A DNA stretch of 64,000 bases, from contig NC_082731.1 in the NCBI RefSeq assembly GCF_030144855.1, positions 25,544,001-25,608,000 on the forward strand, read 5' to 3'. This DNA is from Hypanus sabinus. Taxonomy: Eukaryota. The translations under genes and the position numbers were made by a program. Under the pieces are notes generated by a model. It worked only from the letters and a program-made list of their open reading frames with translations. It was not told the DNA's origin and did not search any database. The stretch's first letter is position 1. The number at the start of each line of letters is the position of its first letter. Shown in pieces: positions 63,180-64,000 of the stretch.

Positions 63180-64000
63180 TACTCGGTTGTGTGCTGGTTC
63201 AGGGTAGTAGTTGGAAGTGTTGATCAGGTTTCCCTCTGGGAGAAAATCAACTGTTGTTAGGGTGTTGTTCCGCCGTGGAGTCCATGTCACCTCTTCCATG
63301 AATGTTGTTGGAAAAACATTGCATGAGCAGACATGGTAGGATCCTTCATGCTAGTAATGGCCTTTCCCTAGTATTTTCTTGTATAAAGGTCTTTGAGAAT
63401 AAGTAGGATGGTACCAATAATGCACTGAATAGTTTTATGTACCTGTTGTGAAGCCTTCCTGTCCAATTTAGTGCTGTTTCTCTGCCAAACAGTATGCAAA
63501 GGATAACGATGCCCTCGACAACGTTTTTGTAGAAAGAGCATCTTGAAGATTGATGTGCAAATTACAACATTCTTCCTCCACCTCTGAAATTTTAGGCTTT
63601 GGTGAGCTTTTTGATTCTTTCTGGTTTGCTCTGGAACCATGAGAGGCTGTGGGTTATTGGGCTTGAAACTGCTCGCAAGTTCCGCAGCTGTGTCACATTT
63701 GTAAAGAGGGATGCAAGTAGTGATGTTGATAACTATATCTCTTGTATCGTTGATGTGATGGAGAGATTATTTGTCTGATTCCAGGACTCGAGCTCTTCCA
63801 TCTCCTCTCTGCTGGCTATGACGTTTTTTTTGTTGGTAATGCACCCCACCACTGTCCTGTCATCGAAGAACTCGACAATATTATTATACAGGTGCATGGG
63901 TGTGAACTCAGCATACAGCTCGTTCGAGTGCGGGGCGGACCCGTATTGAGGACAATGGTAAGAGATGAGCGTTTGTGAATTGTGATTATCTGAGGTCTGT
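63180..64000 (-). mobile_element. Rex1-like LINE RT C-terminus, runs off the window edge
   Basis: The reverse strand encodes VEFFDDRTVVG and ..KHTKLDRKASQQVHKTIQCIIG, related to the 19.5-kb and 20.7-kb copies. Confidence 0.7.

Noticed and set aside
1-64000. CRISPR arrays, rRNA or tRNA genes, prokaryotic operons
   Set aside because: None seen; the DNA is vertebrate with introns, and the only tRNA-related match is a retroelement PBS.

Overview
Vertebrate genomic DNA, most likely a cartilaginous fish (ray or shark), inferred from the CR1/Penelope/Rex1 repeat landscape and the V-gene style. The window is part of a T-cell receptor alpha/delta-type V-segment array. It holds three paralogous + strand V cassettes: V1 (2142-2617) looks intact, with leader, intron, V exon and a near-canonical 23-RSS; V2 (28971-29489) is in frame, but the ATG at the V1-equivalent position is ACC and the RSS nonamer is degenerate; V3 (40002-40446) is a clear pseudogene. 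No D, J or C segments were found. Most of the rest is decayed mobile DNA: many CR1, Rex1/Babar-like, L1-like and Penelope fragments, a Tc1, nested hAT elements, an internally deleted LTR element with two related solo LTRs, a PNMA-type Gypsy gag-pro, and a class III (ERV-L-like) endogenous retrovirus gag-pro-RT-RNaseH. I could not demonstrate a new biological system. The best leads are the ERV-L-like provirus, conserved non-coding motifs shared by the V cassettes (a promoter 16-mer, a CCTAA-A-TTAGG palindrome, a distal E-box 18-mer), the unusual leader and RSS of V2, and an unexplained CpG-rich block after V3. All alignments were done by eye; TE boundaries are approximate unless a TIR or TSD is cited. 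Three assembly gaps are present.
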